From contig JALDTO010000158.1 of NCBI GenBank assembly GCA_023515725.1, forward strand, positions 124,001-188,000: 64,000 nt of DNA, in the 5' to 3' direction. Of this stretch, positions 38,733-51,842 are shown piece by piece. Numbering within the stretch: the first letter of the stretch is position 1; every line of letters begins with the position of its first letter. Below the pieces are notes generated by a model. The model was not told the origin of the DNA. It did no database searches and saw only the letters and a list, made by a program, of their open reading frames with translations. Made by a program: the position numbers and the translations under genes. The stretch comes from Amoeboaphelidium protococcarum X5 (Eukaryota > Fungi > Aphelidiomycota).

Positions 38733-41700
38733 ATGGGCAGACGCAAGAAGCTTGATAAATCTGTATATCAATTTAAAATATAAATCCTTGGTGGTGGAGT
38801 TGATTAGAAGAAGAAGCGTGTCTTGTAGACGATATCGGTGGAGTCTCCTTCTAAAACCGCTGTTCGGTAGCATATGAAAGCTTTGAAGATGTCAGATTAT
38901 ATGAAAGGATTGCGTAGAGAAATATCTAATTATACGGCTGATGATATTCACTAGATGAGAGTGTATGATACAGATGACTAAAGCGGAGATAGATTAGCTG
39001 GTGATGATTACAATGGACATCAGGACGACAGTAATGAATATCAGTATCAGAACCCGCTATTGGATAATTCAGTGGATACTGGTGACAGTCGCAATCAGCA
39101 ACACGTATCGAGATCTCGCCTTGATGGTACGTGTCACAGTCCATGGCAAGCATACGATGAGCCTGTTCACAACTCCTTTTAAGATATTCCGCTGGCAAAT
39201 AGTACTTCAAATTATTATAGGCGCTTGGCTAGATTTGGACAATCCTTTGCAGATTGGCGGACGAAGGAAGGTGGGCACTTGGCCATGAAGAAATTGCTAT
39301 CCTTAAAAGCCATGACTGATTCAAATTGCAGTGTATGTGATAAAGTAGAGGTAGTAACTGATTAGCGAATTTCTTGTAGAAGCTGTTAAGATGTTGTATT
39401 TTGTTCTATAAGCTGCTTTTGTGAACACCATGCAAACGTAAGAAGTTATCATATGCCTTTTGCATAGTGGTACTAGAACGTCGATATACCAGTATCTCTA
39501 TTGAATATTCCTAAGTATGGTGTATAATGTGCCTAATGTAAAGGGGGTTGGAAGCCAGTGAATCTGATACACTTCGAGTCTGGTGTGTTACGCGTTTCAG
39601 TTCCCTTATGCAGATGCGACGAGTAGAAGTAGTTGGATCTATTGCTACAGTGTAGTCTTTTTCCTGCCAGTCCATCTGATGTTAGTACTGTTGTAACTGT
39701 AGATACATTAGAGCTTTATGATTCCATGTTGTGCAACGCGCATGTCAGCATGCATAGTTTTGTGTAGTCCATTGATGATTTTTGCACCTCTTTTCTGGAT
39801 GATAAAGTCTATGATGCAGTTTTGGATGCTTTTTATTAGTACAAACTTCTAAGGTTTTAGATTCTAGAAAGTATTATGCCTAAAGTCTTTTTTGATTGTA
39901 TGGCTTGCCCAATCTAACTTGTTGTGCCAACTAATGATTCCACGCTATGGAAAGGGAACGAGTTCTGGAACAAAGTGAAGCAGCTCGCTGATACTGACCC
40001 GTTGAATTTAATTGAATATGATATACATACGCTTAAGAGGATGGCTCTGTCTCTATCTAATTACGAAATTAAAATCGATCTCAGTTGGTCAAAAATGCTC
40101 GTGTCTTTAGATGGCTGCTTTAAGTTGATGCATAGAAGGAATAAAGGTGGTGCTGATGGCGACTAAATAACTAATATATTCTTTGCGAAACGTGATGATC
40201 TATCTACATCCTCTCCTCCTTCCAGTACTTGTAGTGCTTTCAATGCTTTGAGAACCGTTGCAGAGAGAAGTTCCTCAGCTCTTAATGATTTTACAGGACT
40301 GTTTGGAGCATTCTGCTCTCGGCATGGTTGTCCCTGCGCGGCTACGTTCTCCAATATCAAGTCAGGCGAAGGATTTCATTACGGAGATATAGCTTTAAAG
40401 AATGTTATAGAGAAGTTGGACGATTCATCTGATCTCTTGGTATTCTACGATATAGCATGTCAATTTTAGAAGAATTTCGTGAGACGTGTTTCTAGTGGCG
40501 CAAATGTGCAGTTTCTTATTCCAAGCTTTCATCTGTATGCTCATCAAAAATCCTGCATTTAAGGGTATGATCAGAAGAATTATCCTGGTGCAGGTACATG
40601 TGCTGGAGAGATAGCTGAAACGCGGTGGTCCAGTCTGGGCCGCAATACTTTTCTCAGAGAAATGGCCATGGGAAAGCGCAACGATTATCTGAGTTTTTTG
40701 TTGCTCCACATGAAGGAGGAATCCGATCAGATGGTTATTAATACTCTGTCTGATCGCGTAGATATGAATATTCAGAAGTATGAGGTGCTCGTGGCGTAGT
40801 ATGATTAACTGTTGCAGCTGTCTGGGATGACAACTGCGGATGTCATTCATCTTCAGCAAGGCTCTGACCATATTTCTCCTGCTCGCGATGATGAGTCTCT
40901 AAGCTTAGAGTAAAAGTCATACTCTCAGTATGCTCTGCTGCTGGTGGCGCTGTATGAAAATGCAGGAAATGAAGAGGTTCTGGGATAGCTGGTGGCGCTT
41001 GAGAGACTACTTGGAGTATAGCGTATGGATCTGAACTCTGCCGTCGTTCAAAATGCTTTGTAAAGCATTTATACTGACTAGATGAAAGTTGCCCTGCATT
41101 AGCTCCTAAATTCAATGATTGAGAGGGACGCGATAAATTTAGCATGTGACAAGTTTGGCAACACTACTAAACTGAAATAGCGATTCAGAGCAACCAAAAC
41201 TTAGTATTACAACGCGTTCCTTACCTCACTGGATTTAGTAAACTCTCTGTTTATGAAGTGGAATGCTTACGTGAAATCTGAAGATAAGTTTGATTAGCTC
41301 AGTCGTCAATGCTCTTCATAGAATGTCTAAGAACTACTTGCATAACATTTTGGACTCGTACCTACCTCGCGTATAAAGCTGATTTAATTGAAGAAGCTGC
41401 TAGATAGAACTGTGGAAGAGCTCGTCTATAATGTGCTTGATGCTTAAATCATGCTAAATAAGCTGGTGTATATGGTAGAGTACTTGGAAGGCAAAGTCAA
41501 TACCGCTTCTTCGATTTCGTATGAATGCTAAGTGGTCATTGAGTATTTGCACAAGTTTTATCGCTAACTCTCTCAGCTGGTGGTTGGGTTCTCCAAATGT
41601 GTTATCAATTTTAAATAGCATGATATATTCTCCGTGCTATAAAAGTAATTTCCTTTGACTACGAGTGAAGTTGTGGCAGCGGAGTATATTATTAGTGAAC

Positions 41701-42485
41701 CAAATTCCGCTCAATAGCCACCTCCTGTGATGGACGGAAGCGAGCAGTAAATTGACGAGTAAGTTCGATTGACCTTGATGGTAGATTATATTCTGCTGAA
41801 TGAGATATAGGATGAGGGCGCGTTCTTCACAGAGCTATTTGAAACTGAAGTCAATAACCTTATTCGTGCATCTGTCGGAAGTCTAGCTAATTATTAGCAC
41901 GCAATCGAAAGTTGTGCTCCTGGTGAATGGTTGGATGATTTTGCAGCTCATATTCTGCTTCAAGATTCAACCTTTGTCAGTCCACTCTTATCCCGGTCGT
42001 GGTGCTCAGCGTTAGGGGATATTCACTCTAGATTTGGCTACATATGTGCAGTCGGACCTGATGATGTAGTCTATTAACGGTTTCGACAAGATAGAATGCT
42101 GTTTTTGGATCACTAGGATCATGTTCACTGGACTTTGTATGCTATATTTAAGAGACGTAAGTAGATAGTTTTTTATGATCCGTTCTAAGGAGATGTTGAT
42201 GCTCTCAAAGTCAAGAAGTACTTCAGTTTATATCGATTTTGGAATCCAGAGGAGGATATCTCAGAGTATCAGGTGAAAAGGTTTACCAATGTATCGAGAC
42301 AGCGAGATCAGTACAATTGTGGTGTATTCTGTCTGATTATCGCGTAAAAGTTTATTACATCTGGTTATAGTGTCATCAATTCATTCCATAATGTCACTTA
42401 ACAGATGCTGGAGAACTTCAGATTATCAATTATAGCCAAACTTGTCGAAGAATAGAATAGAACCATCCGCTTGATGGACAATTGA
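38733..42485 (+). CDS. KDZ (Kyakuja-Dileera-Zisupton) transposase with CxC-type Cys cluster and C-terminal Ulp1/C48 protease
   Basis: Intronless 1250 aa; CxC region then LFPASP; VSLDGCFKLMHRR, GLFGAFCSRHG, VFYDIACQF, IPSFHLYAHQKSC, GAG..AGEIAETRWS; protease WLDD, HWTL, FYDP, QRDQYNCGVF. Confidence 0.88.
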
Positions 42486-43677
42486 TATCAGCGCTGCTCA
42501 ATAGAACTTCTTATTGTATTAATACATCATGCTATCTTTCTTTAGTTTGATATTTAGACACAACCAATGACGTCTTTTCTTTATATAGTCAAAATATCTT
42601 CGATTGCGTAAATGCACTTAGCATGGTTCGTAATGCACTCGCTCATCTCAGGACGCGCTCGAAGTAGAAGTTTGATTCGATAAAGATTAAGACTCCAGCC
42701 GCCATACAGACACACATATCAGTCAGAAATCAGAGTAGGGAAGTATTTCCTCATATTAAATTTAATTGCCTAATTTTAAAGTCCAAAAGAACATTATTCG
42801 CATAAGTTGAACTTTTTTTTCTAAAAATTTGATCTGGATCAACATCGCGTACAGAAGGTGTTCGCCAATCTTGATGAATAGAAATATCAAGTTACTCTTT
42901 CACCAAACCACCTATTTAAAAACCGTAAAAGGCCAATATAGCATTAATCGCTACAAGCAGTATGATTCGTAATAATTTAAATACCAAATATTGATTGATG
43001 AGTGCAATACGAGCAAGCTGGTCTCGCTATCCAAATTATTGCAGCAAGATGCAAACTCTGCAGAGCGGCACCCACCAGAACTAATCAAAGTAGGCCGGAT
43101 ATACTTTAGCAGCGTGATATTCATGTGGATTCTTACGCAAATGATCAGGAACATCCATCATTATATTACTGTGGTACTTTCATACTCCAACTGAGCTATA
43201 TATTGACGTATATAATAGATATGCGGGCAGTCAAGGAAACGCGACACATTCGGTACATCTACTAACTGTTGCACTACTCAACATCAATAAGACTTGTGGC
43301 TAAATTTTACATAATCTAATAAAAGTAGACTTACCTGGCCGTATATAAATCCATCAACACCATACTAGCACTGTCTCATATTTCACAAAGGTCGGAGGAT
43401 CCTAACACGAAATGCCCTGTACGCGTTATAAAACGCATGTTATTGATAAAAGATAGCAACTATCATTGTATAGTGCAGTTACAAAGCATATTAATTTATG
43501 TGGTAATTTTAAAAAAATTCAGCAACGTGATTATTGATGTCTCTATTAAACCGGCATATTCTTCGACCACAAACTTATGACGCCCTTTCTCTTCATTCAT
43601 CTTCCCCGAAAACAGAGTCGTTTCAAATAAAGAATTTAATAAATTACCATTGTATCATACTTGTTATATATTATTGG

Positions 43678-44474
43678 ATGGAAAATCTTAAGCAATTATA
43701 AGGCTAATTTAAAGAGACAGCTGAGGGGTATATGAGAATAATGACTGAACATGAGTTCACTGTTTACCTGTGGGAGAAGGTCTATTGTCGGTAAGGTCTT
43801 ACATTTCAAGAAGCTGACTAAACTCTACCGGCAGATGAAGACTTTGAAAATGAAGAGGATAAAGCATAATTCTATAAATTATTAGATAAATGTAAGCTAA
43901 AGTATGTTCAGTGTGTTGAGAAGGACATTGCAATAATTAAGTCCAAGCCCAAGCGCACTAGAGCATGGAAGGAGAACAAAATACTATAGGCCATTGAAGA
44001 CCCATCCTCGGTGGTGGACTTAGATATTCCTTGCTTCTACTCTGAGATGAACTTCTCAAAGGCAAAGAGAGCTGAAGTCAATTAGAAAAACTGGACGAGG
44101 AATGGTTCGAAGTATAATACTAAAAGAAGGTTGGCAAGACAAGAATTTATCGCGAATAAAGATGCCTGTTTTGATATTCTGAGGTAACACCTTTAGCATT
44201 TACATAATATTATAGCATTTGCTTTTGTAGTAATCTGGATTTGGAAGTTCCGTAGACATTTGATTGTAGCAATGTCTACATTATCTAGGCAAAGTAGTTA
44301 TTAGACGCTGAGTTAACGGTAGAATAAGTAAAAGAGCGCGTAGATGTGAAGAAGGCCAAAAGGCATGAGCTGTTGTCATTCAAGCTTTATTTGGATCATG
44401 CAGAGACTCGTGCGTAATTAAAATGCGCTCAAGAGAGTCTTATGGAATAATTGCAGAAGTTGAAACTGTGTTGA
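43678..44474 (+). CDS. Hypothetical protein (KDZ element cargo)
   Basis: MENLKQLQGQFKETAEGYMRIMTEHEFTVYLWEK...LQKLKLC-TGA, one GT-AG intron ~44184-44230; helical, charged. Confidence 0.6.
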
Positions 44475-44557
44475 GTTGATAAGTTTTGGTAAGTGTAAGT
44501 CTACAATCATGATGGCTGTGAGTAATAATTTATGTATGTTTGAGTTTTGGTCACGGA

Positions 44558-45792
44558 TCATTCACTAACTGAGGATGCTTCTTCAGAGCTGTCTGGATCA
44601 TCTTCAGAATAGTCATCGAACCCCTTAACAGCAACTGGTTCTTCGGTCTCGACGTCCTCCACATCCTCAAAAGTTTCAGCATCTCCATCAGAAACTTCAG
44701 ATCTAGCGCGTTCAGTAGAAGTTGAAGTAGACGCCTGACCCTGATCCTCAGGTCTACGCTCCACAAGCTTGATGCTCTGGAGATTGTCCTTGATCATTCT
44801 AACTTCTATGTCCGTCATCTTCGAAAGCTTTTTCAAACCAATTACCTTATTCTGGCCATGTACAATTCTGGACGGCATACCGATTACCTTGAACTGATAT
44901 TTACTTGGAGCGTTAGATTGCCAGGGGAACTTCACCGGTTTGACGGCATTAACAGGAGGAACAAAGCGCTCTACACAGATAGTATAATTGATATTACTAG
45001 CAAGAACTCCAAACTTACACCATAGACGATCGAAATGAGCGCTAACTTTGGCTACATTCTCCTCCGACTTGCGACGAATCTCGCGCTATACCTGCTCAAG
45101 TGCTGTCGCATCCGGCACAAACTCTAAACGCCCATCGTCATTTTCCTTTACTACAAGACACAGTATGAAATATACTCTATAGAATATGATGAAATACTTT
45201 TATGCGGCAAGCCATGCCTCTTGCTGATATTTAACTACGACAGCATCAACTTCAGACGCGACTCGAAGTCGTTCCTCTGATTCAAATTGAAAGCATTCTC
45301 ATAGTTTTACTTAAACTACTACATCATAGGAGTGGCCTTTAAATCCACATCCCACTAACCATCCTAATCCTTCCTAACGCGGATTAGGAAAAATTCTTCC
45401 TAGTTCGTATTAGTAAGATAAGTTATCTACAATGCAATGTGGCACAAAGGGTTGCTTAACATCGAAAGCTTACCGTAGAATACATCTCTTTCATCAACTT
45501 ACTGCGCGTCTCTTCTTACCAGGCATCCGGGTAGGGCCCAAACTTTGCCTTGTGCTTGTACAAATCCTTTTATTTCTGTGGTAGCTTATGCCATTGTTCC
45601 TCGAGGATTCGAGACTTTTCCTGAATATCATCGCCCTCTACATACGCGCACATACTTTATTAATTACATGATGTGATCCATCAAAACATTACCAATAGAA
45701 TCCGCGTACAGCTTTTTGTAATAATTTAAACCGCCACCAACACGGGCTGCTCTAGGAAGTGGAATGCTTTTACTGTTAGATTATTTGGACAT
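44558..45792 (-). CDS. HMG-box-containing protein with acidic tail (KDZ element-associated)
   Basis: Four GT-AG introns join PRAARVGGGLNYYKKLY...SRILEEQWHKLPQKQKDLYKHKAK (HMG-like) to ...KFPWQ...GMP...KLSKMTDIE and a D/E-rich end. Confidence 0.65.
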
Positions 45793-46826
45793 TGATAGAA
45801 TATACTTTTGACCGTGTTATCAAGATACTGAATGTTAATCAGATAACACGAAGAGGATTTAAAATACGAGAAAAGCCCCGACACTTTAGAAAAGACTGTG
45901 TGGCTCTTTGTACACCATATCATTAACGAGCGCATGCAAAAACTAATATGAAGTAGAACATTCACATGTACCAGGACTTGTGCGGACACCGGCAGCTCTT
46001 TTAGCATGCTGAAACTTAATTCGGTAAAATGATTATTGCCTAAAAATAACACCACATATCGCAGTTATACAGTATCTGATGTAATTTATAACTTTCACTT
46101 TGTGTAGGATAATTATATTCCTGTATAAGAAGCCTCATTTCCGAAATATATTGCGGTTAATTGATGAGATTCATTATGAAAGTTACTATGGATTGAATCA
46201 TGTCGCGTCCATCTTATGAAATCAGAATTTTATTTGCATACACTTGTGTGATACTTCAGTATCTTCCTAGTTGTTCTCATTGACTATCTCATCATTAGGA
46301 GAAAAATTTTAATGATATAGAAAAACGTTGGACATTTAAAAAACCTCCTAAGCAAGTTCCGACCAACACATGATTCGCTCACAAATCGAGCGCGTGATGT
46401 TGAAACAATCAAGCCCACGCCCGCTGTATTGCCAGCCAAGAACATGCGGGCATTTACACCAAAATGCCTTATTTTAATACCAGATTTTCATATATTATAC
46501 TCTTTTTCTTTAAATCAATATTATTTTCAAGAAGTATCTTCAATCTCTTTTTTAGTTCGTCGCGCGTAACTGTTTGCAGAGTTTTAACTAACTACAGTCG
46601 CCGAAGAAATACTTGAAGGATATACTGTTATCCTTCTCTGTTCAATCCAAATACAAGTGTGGTGCTTCCGCTTGGAATTTCTCAACAGATTCCCTTTTGG
46701 AGTTCTCTGCTGGTTTTAAACTCTGTCCGTCGTGTAAAGTCTTGAGCTGGTCAGTATCTTGCGCGCATATCTCGATTTTAGAATTTTGCTTTGATTTACT
46801 AGAAGTACCATATCATTAATCCGTAC

Positions 46827-47375
46827 ATGTCTGGTGCCAGTTTCACCATTCCCAAGTCTAATAAGAGTAAACGAAAGTTGCAGTCCTTGTTGAGAGATGA
46901 GGAAGAATCTAGTAGTAGAAGTGAGGCATAATCTTCATCTTAACCGATAAAGGAAGCCGTGTCGGTGATCAAGATTACAAAGATAGATTAGACCCGATCG
47001 AAGACTGCTAACACTAATGGATAGAATGGTTCTACCGCTAGCGATCAGGCGTAAATAGAATAATAGTCTCAAGTCAGTAGATATGATGATTAGAAGCATG
47101 GCCTATAGATTATGAAGTCTTCTGAAAGGATTTAAAAAATTGATGATGAACATGACACCAAAAAGAATTAGATAAAGGGAACAATGATATTGCGGTAAAA
47201 ACCGGTTATAGTTGATGATGAAGAGGTAGATCATGTATAAGATCAGTAAGCAAAATAGTAGGAATTGATTGATATTGATGATTTCGGTCTGCGAATGCTC
47301 AGGTAGATGGGTTACAATGGTGATTTAAATGAAGATGAAGAAGATTTAGATCTCAGAAAGTAAAAACCAAAGTGA
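46827..47375 (+). CDS. G-patch splicing factor Spp2/MOS2-like
   Basis: 182-aa ORF ending IDIDDFGLRMLRQMGY. Confidence 0.55.
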
Positions 47376-47428
47376 ACAGATGTTATTGTACTGTATATTA
47401 TCAATTGTATATTAGTTGCTGAACATTT

Positions 47429-48346
47429 TCAATTAGTATTTACGCGTCTCAGAGAATTGTAATGCTCGCCGAGTCCATATTCGTGCTTATGATATGAAAT
47501 TTTAATCGAGTTATCGTCATCATGATCAGCATTAGTTGGATCAGATCCACCATAACCAGTGTCGGTCTCATTATGTCTGACGCGTAGAATACCAAACTCT
47601 GCCTGATATATCACAAAGTCACGTTTAAGAGCATGAGCCAGTGCACGAATCTCAACTTCACCTCCCCATTTGGCGCGATTAACATCCGCCATATCACAGC
47701 AATATTGTTCAAAATCAGCCAAATCTCCATTATCATCTTGTAGGAACGGAGCGAAATCATCTCTGTGCTCTCGAATATACTCCACCGCCATCCTTCGTAA
47801 TTCTTCATGATTGTATTAGTTGTTAATCTGATCTTGGATAGATCGGAACAAGCAATTACCATCCGGAGCCACCTCGAGAATAGATAGACCATCAGACTAG
47901 ATGAGTTTGTCAATCTTCTGGCGTTCAATCTGAGCTAGATCAACAGTCGGTTCATTAAGAGCATCCTGTCTAATCCGCTCAATTTCAGCCTGCTTCTTTA
48001 ACTTTCTGAGTTGCTATTTACTAAGCTTCTTCTACTCTCCCCCTTCCAAGTTATTACCAGCTTTATCGCTATTCTTGTATAGACTTTCAGGTAGTACTGC
48101 GGAGTTACTCTGCTATGATGACACTGTCTACTGTTAATCACTGTCGTTCTAGTTCTCCAACTGCTCAATCTTCTTCTCCAAGTCGTGCACCTGCTCCATC
48201 GCTGCCTTCTTATCCTTCTTGTTCATATTGGCAGTACTCTTTTTAATAGCTTATATCTAAGCCCGCAGTTCTTTTCTCTACTAAGCGATACTCTTTTATT
48301 ACTGTTCCTAGAGTGGTACCTCTTGCTATTCTATATCACTATCCAT
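47429..48346 (-). CDS. OTU2: OTU deubiquitinase (Otu2/OTUD6 type)
   Basis: EVAPDGNCLFRS, WGGEVEIRALA, ISYHKHEYGLGEHYNSL. Confidence 0.9.
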
Positions 48347-48484
48347 CTACTCTATTATAATCCGAGTTGATTTTCTCTCCCGTTCTGAAAAAAGAAACAG
48401 GAAAATCAACTCCTTAGCGACTTTTCCATTGGTGAAAGATCGTTTATAAACGCGACTGTTTAAATAGTATAGCAACTTTGTATA

Positions 48485-48817
48485 ATGTGTAAACATATAT
48501 TGAATGCGCAAGTTGCCATTAGAACGCCATGTTGTAAGAAATGGTATGATTGCCCGGAATGTCATATGGAGCGGGAGAGTCATCCATTGATCAAAAGCTC
48601 TGAAATTGTACTTGCATGTAAGAAGTGTAAGAAGGTGTTCAGGAAAGACGTGGTGGAATTGGAAGAGCAAGATGATTCTGATGAGTACTGTCCCCATTGC
48701 GACAACCATTACGTTCTGGAAGCCAAAGTTCCTGAGCCAGTTCTTGGCATTGAAGGAGAAGATCCACGGATGAACAGTAAGATGTTGAAAGACGTAAGAC
48801 TACGAAATATTGGATGA
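48485..48817 (+). CDS. CHY zinc-finger protein
   Basis: MCKHILNAQVAIRTPCCKKWYDCPECH...CKKCKK...CPHCDN. Confidence 0.9.
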   Translation: MCKHILNAQVAIRTPCCKKWYDCPECHMERESHPLIKSSEIVLACKKCKKVFRKDVVELEEQDDSDEYCPHCDNHYVLEAKVPEPVLGIEGEDPRMNSKMLKDVRLRNIG

Positions 48818-48901
48818 TTATAATAATTATAAGACTTGTATTAAAAGAAACTTTCTATTTCATGTACTGTATGTCATTTTTAATTAAAGAAATATTACGC
48901 G

Positions 48902-49513
48902 TCAAATATCATCCCAATCTTGAATCTTGGCATCAGTCATGTAATTGTCATTTAAGGCACTCCACTTTGGTGTCTCGCTATGATTTGATTTTGATTATGA
49001 CTATGGAGATGAAGCAGATTTTACAGCGGCAGAGTCCTTCTTTAAATACTGCAAGAAGGCTTCTTTGGATGCAGATGCAAGCTTGGCCTTATCGGCGTTC
49101 TTCACAATTTTTGATGTGGACTATATTTTACTGCCACCACTTTTAGATCGTGATATCTGCTTTACCACTTACTTCTGAGCATCTCGCTGAGTTTTGATTG
49201 CATTAAATAGCTTAATGACACCACGCGTCGACGTCTTCCTCAGCACCTTCTCGTACTCAGCCCTCCATCCCAGTCTATCCTTCTGTTCACTGTCATATTC
49301 TAGATTAGGGAGGACATGGTCTCGATCTCTCTTTGATAATTTATCGCGACGCATCAACGCCTTAGCCTTCTGCTCCAACTTGCTGTCATCAATAGCATAA
49401 GCCAACTCCTTCTTTTTGGACAGTATCACATTATCACCATCATTTACCTTATTGCTACTCTGATCTATAATAGAGGAGAGCGTATCCAGAAAAGATTCGT
49501 GCTTTGGATGCAT
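48902..49513 (-). CDS. RRP15: Ribosome biogenesis protein Rrp15
   Basis: EKVLRKTSTRGVIKLFNAI; C-terminal WSALNDNYM...QDWD. Confidence 0.85.
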
Positions 49514-49702
49514 ATTCGGTGTATTTTTGTAATTGTAAAGTTTTGTTTCTATCTATGAGCGAAAGAGTTTGAATGATTTTCTCAAAGACAATAAAGCAGT
49601 AAATCACTGAATTCAAAGTGAAGGCTAAACATACCGATACAATATTATTATAAAATTTATTTAGAGGTACAGTTATCAACAAATTAATTCATACCCGACA
49701 AA

Positions 49703-50440
49703 TCATCGCAATTTGGAGAGAGCAAGTTCTTTTTAAAATGTTTAACCATCAATACGCAGATTGTAAGGATCAACGCCATTCCAAATCATGTCAAACTCGT
49801 ATTCAAGCGGATTAATTGTGTCACTGTTCAGCGTGTGTTCCATCCATGCATCTTCTTTGCGGCGTTTATGGCGTTCTCTGTCTTGCTCTATCCGTTTCAG
49901 AGATTCAGCCTTTGACATTTTTTTGTTCAGATTAGCAAAGTCGTCCAACTGAGGTTAGATATGACTAAGCGTATCGTTAATCAGTGAGAGACACGCGTCG
50001 AGAAGTTGCGTGTTGTTTCTGAAACATTGCCGACCTTTCCACTCGGTCAGAATTGAAGTCAGAACTGGCGCATTGAGTGAAACGCCGATCGGATGATCTT
50101 TCGGAATGGCGAGTTCGCACAGATCCACCAGATTGTCACGCAGTAGTTACATATACGGCTAATCCTCAACATCGCTCGACTGTTATTATTATTATTAGGT
50201 AGATGTAGAGTCCACATAAGCCTGCAGCAGTCCAAATAGATATACGCGTCTATTGATGTACGCACCATTTCGATCCTTCTTTGAAAACTCTTGCAAAATG
50301 ACATCGAATAACATTCCAGCTTCCTCACTTTAATTCTCGTACTTTCGCATAAACTGTACAGTCCTCTAGATTTAGAACTGAGTGGAATTTAATCGTTCAA
50401 CAAGATCAGCAAATTACATCCTCACTTCGAAACTATCCAT
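49703..50440 (-). CDS. CTK3: CTD kinase I gamma subunit
   Basis: MDSFEVRMQF N-terminus; KRIEQDRERHKRRKEDAW...EFDMIW. Confidence 0.8.
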
Positions 50441-50580
50441 CTCGATTACTACAATCTTTTAGACGATTTGATCTTCTCGTAAAAGTGTACTGGTGAACGT
50501 TTTTCATAAAAAGAGTAAATTGAAAATCAGCCAAAGGGAACCAATTTTCTCATCAACTGACATTGCTTGTACTTGATAAA

Positions 50581-51735
50581 ATGAGATAAGAGATTATTAA
50601 AGCGTTATTAAGCAGAGATGAAGACTCGGAACAGCTCATTGGTGAAGTGGAGTAATTTTTTGAATAGTATCCGCTGAAGCTGAATTATTCACCTGCGAAA
50701 GGCCTATGTCTGAAGGCGACGCGTGATATCAAACGCGGAGAGCCAGTGATAATGGAATCTCCCGTAACAATGGCTATAGAATAGTAATACTTGCATGCAT
50801 ACTGTAGCGGATGCTCTTCAGAGATGAATGATGATGACGCGTCGGCATGGACCGAGAGAATGACTGCTCTCCGCCTTACTGACATAGATATGCCTCCACT
50901 ATGCCAAGATTGTGTATGGAATAGCTATATTCTGAAGGAGCATCAGCGTTTCCATTCGCTGCAAATCAAGTCTACGTCTAATTAATTGCAAGATGACAGA
51001 GAATCGGAGACTGGATTGTATGCAATGTTTATGCGATATTTTGGCGACTACTAAAAAGGAAGAGAAGCTGCGTGTGATAGTGACATTATTGTGGCAGATC
51101 CAGGGTTGGTAAATCTGCTCACTTTCGAAGAGGAGAGCGTTGTGGTGCAGAGTATGAATGATGATTTGGGAAACATATCGCGGTCGATTTATGATGGGAA
51201 ATAAGGCCAGTTGTAGTTGGACTATATTAGCAGAGTTTGCAAAATTATAATCAGTAATTAACACTGCGTCGCTGATAAATATGGAAACGATATTGGACGC
51301 GCATTGTATCCAGTCACAGCTCTGCTTAATCATTCATGCTCACCCAATCTAAGTTGGTCTTCTTCATCCCAGAGCAAGTCCATAATGATATGCTAAGCTG
51401 TGTAAGACATTGTTCAAGGAGAAGAACTCACCATATCTTACATCAATCCGAAGCGACTTGTATATTCAACTGCTGATGTCGAATCAACGCCGTTCTAACG
51501 AGCTCAATATAGGAGAAATGAGTTAATCAAGGAGCGACAATTCTTATGCACTTGTTCATTGTGTTGTGCTTAATTGCAATCAACCTGTTAGAGCTGTAAG
51601 AAGGAATTCCCTCAGTCCACATTGAAGAGATGCTCGCGCTGTAAGAGCGCTTGGTATTGCTCTTCTGATTGCATAAAGTCAGATTGGCCACGACACAAAC
51701 TTCAATGCAACACTCACACTTGCACCATGAAATGA
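50581..51735 (+). CDS. SET and MYND domain methyltransferase (SMYD-like)
   Basis: [42 protein letters not shown]-terminal [31 protein letters not shown]. Confidence 0.85.
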
Positions 51736-51842
51736 TATGGTAACATATAACAAAATTAATAAACATGCATACATACATATAAATTTTACACAATATAATG
51801 ATGCTTTATTCATGTCAAGTCCTAATCATTAAGAGAGTAATA

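Larger units (their letters stand above)
38600..46480. mobile_element. Putative KDZ transposon (ends approximate)
   Basis: Block between housekeeping genes POLD2 and SPP2-like containing the transposase, an orphan and an HMG-box gene; TIR/TSD not found. Confidence 0.55.

Noticed and set aside
42490-43650. TET/JBP dioxygenase beside the KDZ transposase
   Set aside because: A lone HVD tripeptide without the downstream H and RxS pattern is not sufficient.
38569-46492. TATGAAAAT / ATTTTCATA as KDZ terminal inverted repeats
   Set aside because: Only 9 AT-rich bp, it does not extend, and there is no flanking TSD.
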